DNA from: Synechococcus sp.
GTDB lineage: Bacteria; Cyanobacteriota; Cyanobacteriia; Thermostichales; PCC-7336
Direction of reading: 5' to 3'
Length of the DNA: 20,589 bases
NCBI GenBank assembly: GCA_051439425.1
Contig: JBFRWD010000073.1
Location: 1 to 20,589, forward strand
The position numbers were made by a program, and so were the translations under genes. Below, piece by piece: positions 16,678-20,589 of this stretch; position 1 is the first letter of the stretch, and each line of letters starts with the position of its first letter. Below the pieces are notes generated by a model. It ran no database searches, was not told the origin of the DNA, and worked only from the letters and a program-made list of their open reading frames with translations.

Positions 16678-16732
16678 CCTGCCATATCAAAATCCCCCGA
16701 AGTACTACTTCGGGGGATTTTGATATGGCAGG
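16678..16732. terminator. Perfect 27-bp-arm inverted repeat between convergent genes, probable bidirectional terminator
   Basis: CCTGCCATATCAAAATCCCCCGAAGTA-c-TACTTCGGGGGATTTTGATATGGCAGG. Confidence 0.8.
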
Positions 16733-16744
16733 TGTTTCCTCGCT

Positions 16745-18349
16745 TTAAAGAGGAGGGGCTTGTAGCAAGCTTGCGGTAGACAAAGCGGGAAGATCGTCCA
16801 CAATCCGCACCGCATTCTCATCCATGGAGTGCTGTAACGTTGCCACCATGTCGTTGGTTTTGACGTCATAGACCTGGGTCATCATCTTGGGATAGATACC
16901 CAAACCAATGATGGGAATGAGCAAGCAAGCAATAATAAACACTTCGCGAGGTTCAGCATCGATCAGCTCCTCGTGTGATGTCAGTTCCTTGTTCTCGGGG
17001 CCAAAGAAGATTTGGCGCAGCATGGAAAGCAGGTAGATGGGGGTCAAGATGACTCCGATCGCTGCCAGGATCACCATGGCTGTCGTGAAGCCAGGGGTGA
17101 ACGCCTTGCTGGTGGCCAAGCCCAAGAACACCATCACTTCTGCCACAAATCCACTCATGCCGGGGAGGGCCAACGAGGCCATTGAACAGACGGTGAACAT
17201 GGAGAAGATGCGCGGCATTTTTTGGCCGACTCCACCCATTTCCTCTAACTGCAGGGTATGGGTGCGATCGTAAGTGGCCCCCACCAAGAAGAACAGACTG
17301 GCCCCAATCAGACCGTGGGAAATCATCTGCAGCATGGCACCGCTCATCCCGATTTCAGTCAAGCTGCCAATACCGATGAGGACGAAGCCCATGTGGCTGA
17401 TGGAGGAGTAGGCAATCTTGCGCTTCAGGTTGCGCTGGGCAAATGATGTCAGTGCTGCATAGATGATGTTGATTACCCCCAACACAACCAGGATGGGGGC
17501 GAAATAAACGTGAGCGTCAGGCAACATACCAACGTTCATGCGCATCAATGCGTAGCCACCCATTTTCAGCAGGATGCCCGCCAGCAACATGTGTACCGGA
17601 GCCGTAGCTTCGCCGTGGGCGTCGGGTAGCCAAGTGTGTAGTGGGAAGATGGGCAGCTTGACACCGTAGGCAATCAAGAACGCACCGTACAGCAACAGCT
17701 GCAAGTTAAGCGGATAGGACTTGTTGGCTAGGGCCGTCATGTCGAAGGTGGCAGTGCCGCCATAGAAGGCCATTGCCAAAGCCGCTACAAGAATGAACAG
17801 CGAACCACCTGCGGTGTAGAGGATGAACTTTGTGGCCGCGTACAGCCGCTTTTTGCCGCCCCAAATAGACAGCAGCAGGTACACGGGAATCAGTTCCAAT
17901 TCCCACATCAAGAAGAACAGGATCATGTCCTGAACCGCAAACACCCCGATCTGCGCGCCGTACATGAACAGCAGCAAACAGTAGAACAGGCGGGGTTTAA
18001 AGGTTACCGGCCAAGCGGCTAATGTGGCCAGCGTGGTGATAAAGGCAGTCAGCAAAATCAGGGGCATGGAAATGCCGTCGGCACCCACCGACCAGCTCAG
18101 GCCCACTTGGGGGACCCAGTCGTAGTGCTCGGTCATTTGCAAGCCGGATACACCGAAGTCGTAACTGGTGTAAAAGCCGTAGACCACCAGCAGGAGGTCA
18201 ATGATGCCGATGACAAGGGCGTACCACCGAATCGGGCGGCCTTTGCCCTCCTTGTCGGGAATTAACGGAATTGCCAAGGCTGCTAGCACCGGGAACAGAA
18301 TCGCGGTGGTCAACCAGGGAAACTCGTTTAGAGGAATGGGAGAGTCCAT
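16745..18349 (-). CDS. ndhD: NAD(P)H-quinone oxidoreductase (NDH-1) subunit 4, NdhD1 type
   Basis: 534 aa. [65 protein letters not shown]. Directly downstream of ndhF1. Confidence 0.96.
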   Translation of the reverse strand: MDSPIPLNEFPWLTTAILFPVLAALAIPLIPDKEGKGRPIRWYALVIGIIDLLLVVYGFYTSYDFGVSGLQMTEHYDWVPQVGLSWSVGADGISMPLILLTAFITTLATLAAWPVTFKPRLFYCLLLFMYGAQIGVFAVQDMILFFLMWELELIPVYLLLSIWGGKKRLYAATKFILYTAGGSLFILVAALAMAFYGGTATFDMTALANKSYPLNLQLLLYGAFLIAYGVKLPIFPLHTWLPDAHGEATAPVHMLLAGILLKMGGYALMRMNVGMLPDAHVYFAPILVVLGVINIIYAALTSFAQRNLKRKIAYSSISHMGFVLIGIGSLTEIGMSGAMLQMISHGLIGASLFFLVGATYDRTHTLQLEEMGGVGQKMPRIFSMFTVCSMASLALPGMSGFVAEVMVFLGLATSKAFTPGFTTAMVILAAIGVILTPIYLLSMLRQIFFGPENKELTSHEELIDAEPREVFIIACLLIPIIGLGIYPKMMTQVYDVKTNDMVATLQHSMDENAVRIVDDLPALSTASLLQAPPL

Positions 18350-18465
18350 TGCGCGCTCCGAGTTTTCAAATAATCCGAAATTAAGTAGTCAGGTGAGAGG
18401 GAAATGGAATGGTAATGGCTGCCTAGAGGAAAGTTCCAGAACAGGCAGCTCTAGAGTTAAGTGGC

Positions 18466-20589
18466 CTAGAACAAGCCACTACCGGACGCCACGACGATCG
18501 CGATCGCCGAAGCAAACACCACGAGGGCGTAAAACTGGGCTTTACCGCTTTCGAAGTACTTCAAGCTTTCACCCGATAGCATGGTGGCCAGACCGGTGAA
18601 GTTGACCACACCGTCTACGATGCGTTGGTCCACTTCGAGTGCCTCGCGGGCGGCAAATCGGGTGCCTTTGACGAACACGTTGTAATAGAGCTCGTCAATG
18701 TTCCACTTGTTGAGGGAGAAGAAGTAGAGGCCCTTGATTTTGGCAGCGATCGCGGCGGGATCGATGCTGCGGGTGCGATACATCAACACCGCCAGAGTGA
18801 TGCCGATTAGGCCAATGCCCACCGAGCTACCACCCATGAGCAGGAACTCCGACCATTCAAACTGCCCGGCGCCCACTTCGGCCCACTCTTCGAGGCCAAC
18901 GGCGATCGCCGTGCCATCCACAACCTCGCTGGGAGGGTGGATAAACGCTTCAAAGAAGTTGGCGAACGGAGTGCCCGTGAGACCGATAAGAATCGAGGGC
19001 ACCGCGAGGGTGGCCAACGGTAGAGTCATGGTCCAGGGGGACTCGTGGGGTTCATGGGCGTGAGAGTCATGACCGTGGTCGTCATGGCCGTGGTCGTCGT
19101 GAACAGGAGCCGGATTCATGACCGCTGCGTTGAAGGTGCCGAACGCGGGGCTGTAAGCCGGAACCGGAGTTCCTTCGCTGACCAGTACTTGAGCGCACAG
19201 CTCAGCATCGTTACCTCTGAATTCCCCTTCGAAGGTGAGGAAGTACATGCGGAACATGTAGAAGGCGGTGATGCCTGCGGTTAGGAAGCCGATGAACCAC
19301 AGGGCGGGATTAACGGCAAAGGTGGACCCGAGAATTTCGTCTTTGGACCAGAAGCCAGCAAACGGAGGAATGCCGCAGATAGCCAGGGTGCCTATCAAAA
19401 ATGTAGTAGCCGTAATGGGCATGTACTTGCGCAGGCCACCCATAACGCGCATGTCTTGAGCGATCGCTGGATTGTGACCGACGACGCCTTCCATACCGTG
19501 AATCACGGAGCCGGAGCATAGGAACAGCATGGCTTTGAAGTAGGCGTGGGTCATGAGGTGGAACAGGCCAGCACCGTAAGCGCCGACGCCCATGGCCATA
19601 ATCATGTAACCCAGCTGAGAAATGGTGGAGTAGGCCAGACCCTTTTTTATGTCGTTTTGGGTGATAGCGATGCTAGCCCCCAAGAAGGCAGTAGCGGCCC
19701 CGATCCAGGAGATGGTTTGCATGGTGACGGGAACCCCTTCGAAGACGGGGAACATGCGGGCCACCAAGAATACGCCAGCTGCCACCATGGTGGCAGCGTG
19801 GATGAGGGCGGAAATGGGGGTAGGGCCTTCCATGGCGTCGGGCAGCCAGACGTGCAGTGGGAACTGCGCCGATTTGGCCATGGGGCCGAGGAATACCAGG
19901 ATAGAGAACAGGGTAATCAGGCCAGCGCTGACGGAGCCGGATTCAACAGCTCGCTCGACGGCTTGACCCATGGGTTCGAATTCGAAGGTGCGAGCCACCC
20001 AGTAAAGACCCAACATGCCGAGCAGGAGGCCAAAGTCTCCGACGCGGTTGGTGACAAATGCTTTTTGGGCGGCCTCAGCAGCAGGGGGACGGTCGTACCA
20101 GAATCCGATCAGCAGGTACGAACATACCCCCACCAACTCCCAAAAAACGTAGATTTGGAGCAGGTTAGGGCTGAGGACGAGGCCCAGCATGGAGAAGCTG
20201 AACAGGCTGAGGTACGAGTAAAACCGAACGTAGCCTTCATCGTGCTCCATGTAGCCATCGGTGTAGACCATGACCAAGAAGGCCACGGTGGTGACGACGA
20301 CCAGCATCATGGCGGCGAGGTGATCGACTCCGAAGCCCATGCGCAAAACGAAGTCTCCGGCTTGCCCCCAGGTGAAGGTTTGTCGGAACGCCTCTCCACC
20401 CTTGAGTTGGTCGATGAAGATGGCGATTGCGTGGGCCATGGCGGTGCCGATGGAAAAGACGCAAAAGCCGGACGCCACTTTACGGATGGAGCGTATCCAA
20501 CTGTTGGCGGTCAAGATGGCCACTCCGACTACGAACGCGGCTATGAGCGGGTAGACGGGAATTAGCCATACATATTGATAGGCGAGTTC
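18466..20589 (-). CDS. ndhF: NDH-1 subunit 5, NdhF1 type (5' end cut by the window edge)
   Basis: The frame stays open upstream of the track's GTG 20523 to the window end (ELAYQYVWLIPVYPLIAAFVVGVAIL...), so the true ATG is probably just outside. Motifs KAFVTNRVGDFG, AKSAQFPLHVWLPDAMEGPTPISALIHAATMV, THAYFKAMLFL. Confidence 0.96.
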   Translation of the reverse strand, partial: ELAYQYVWLIPVYPLIAAFVVGVAILTANSWIRSIRKVASGFCVFSIGTAMAHAIAIFIDQLKGGEAFRQTFTWGQAGDFVLRMGFGVDHLAAMMLVVVTTVAFLVMVYTDGYMEHDEGYVRFYSYLSLFSFSMLGLVLSPNLLQIYVFWELVGVCSYLLIGFWYDRPPAAEAAQKAFVTNRVGDFGLLLGMLGLYWVARTFEFEPMGQAVERAVESGSVSAGLITLFSILVFLGPMAKSAQFPLHVWLPDAMEGPTPISALIHAATMVAAGVFLVARMFPVFEGVPVTMQTISWIGAATAFLGASIAITQNDIKKGLAYSTISQLGYMIMAMGVGAYGAGLFHLMTHAYFKAMLFLCSGSVIHGMEGVVGHNPAIAQDMRVMGGLRKYMPITATTFLIGTLAICGIPPFAGFWSKDEILGSTFAVNPALWFIGFLTAGITAFYMFRMYFLTFEGEFRGNDAELCAQVLVSEGTPVPAYSPAFGTFNAAVMNPAPVHDDHGHDDHGHDSHAHEPHESPWTMTLPLATLAVPSILIGLTGTPFANFFEAFIHPPSEVVDGTAIAVGLEEWAEVGAGQFEWSEFLLMGGSSVGIGLIGITLAVLMYRTRSIDPAAIAAKIKGLYFFSLNKWNIDELYYNVFVKGTRFAAREALEVDQRIVDGVVNFTGLATMLSGESLKYFESGKAQFYALVVFASAIAIVVASGSGLF

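Larger units (their letters stand above)
867..19467. repeat. HIP1 octamers (GCGATCGC) dispersed through the window
   Basis: Seen at about 867, 4206, 5582, 6767, 6972, 9006, 9098, 11161, 13933, 14877, 16361, 16539, 18500, 18746, 18902 and 19460 (manual count, may be incomplete). Chance expectation is under 1 per 20 kb. Confidence 0.9.

Noticed and set aside
15455..16740. tRNA-anchored genomic island or prophage
   Set aside because: No integrase and no duplicated tRNA 3' end (att site) found. The orphan gene carries host HIP1 sites.
19546..20565. 339-aa plus-strand ORF
   Set aside because: Antisense shadow of ndhF1 arising from codon bias; no recognisable motifs.

Overview
Cyanobacterial chromosomal window (photosynthesis genes, about 16 HIP1 GCGATCGC octamers counted by eye), mostly housekeeping. 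In order: glgB, a PPOX-type flavoprotein and an EamA/DMT transporter (minus strand); a CPA2 Na+/H+ antiporter with USP domains; a carboxylesterase; hpf/lrtA; cobS; a WbaP-type priming glycosyltransferase; a 2Fe-2S ferredoxin divergent from psbB-psbT; pcyA; a tRNA with CAT anticodon (probably Ile2); an orphan winged-helix-like gene; ndhD1 and ndhF1 (5' end cut by the window edge). I found no CRISPR array, integrase, transposase or defence system. The main unexplained signal is a dispersed ~89-bp intergenic element with terminal inverted repeats (GCAATCCGCT...AGCGGATTGC), present three times (107-195, 6795-~6875, 15223-15311), MITE-like or a structured RNA. Other oddities: the orphan split-wHTH gene after the tRNA, a perfect 55-bp palindrome at 16678-16732, and a 29-bp tandem duplication upstream of pcyA. 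All assignments come from reading motifs by eye; no searches were run.
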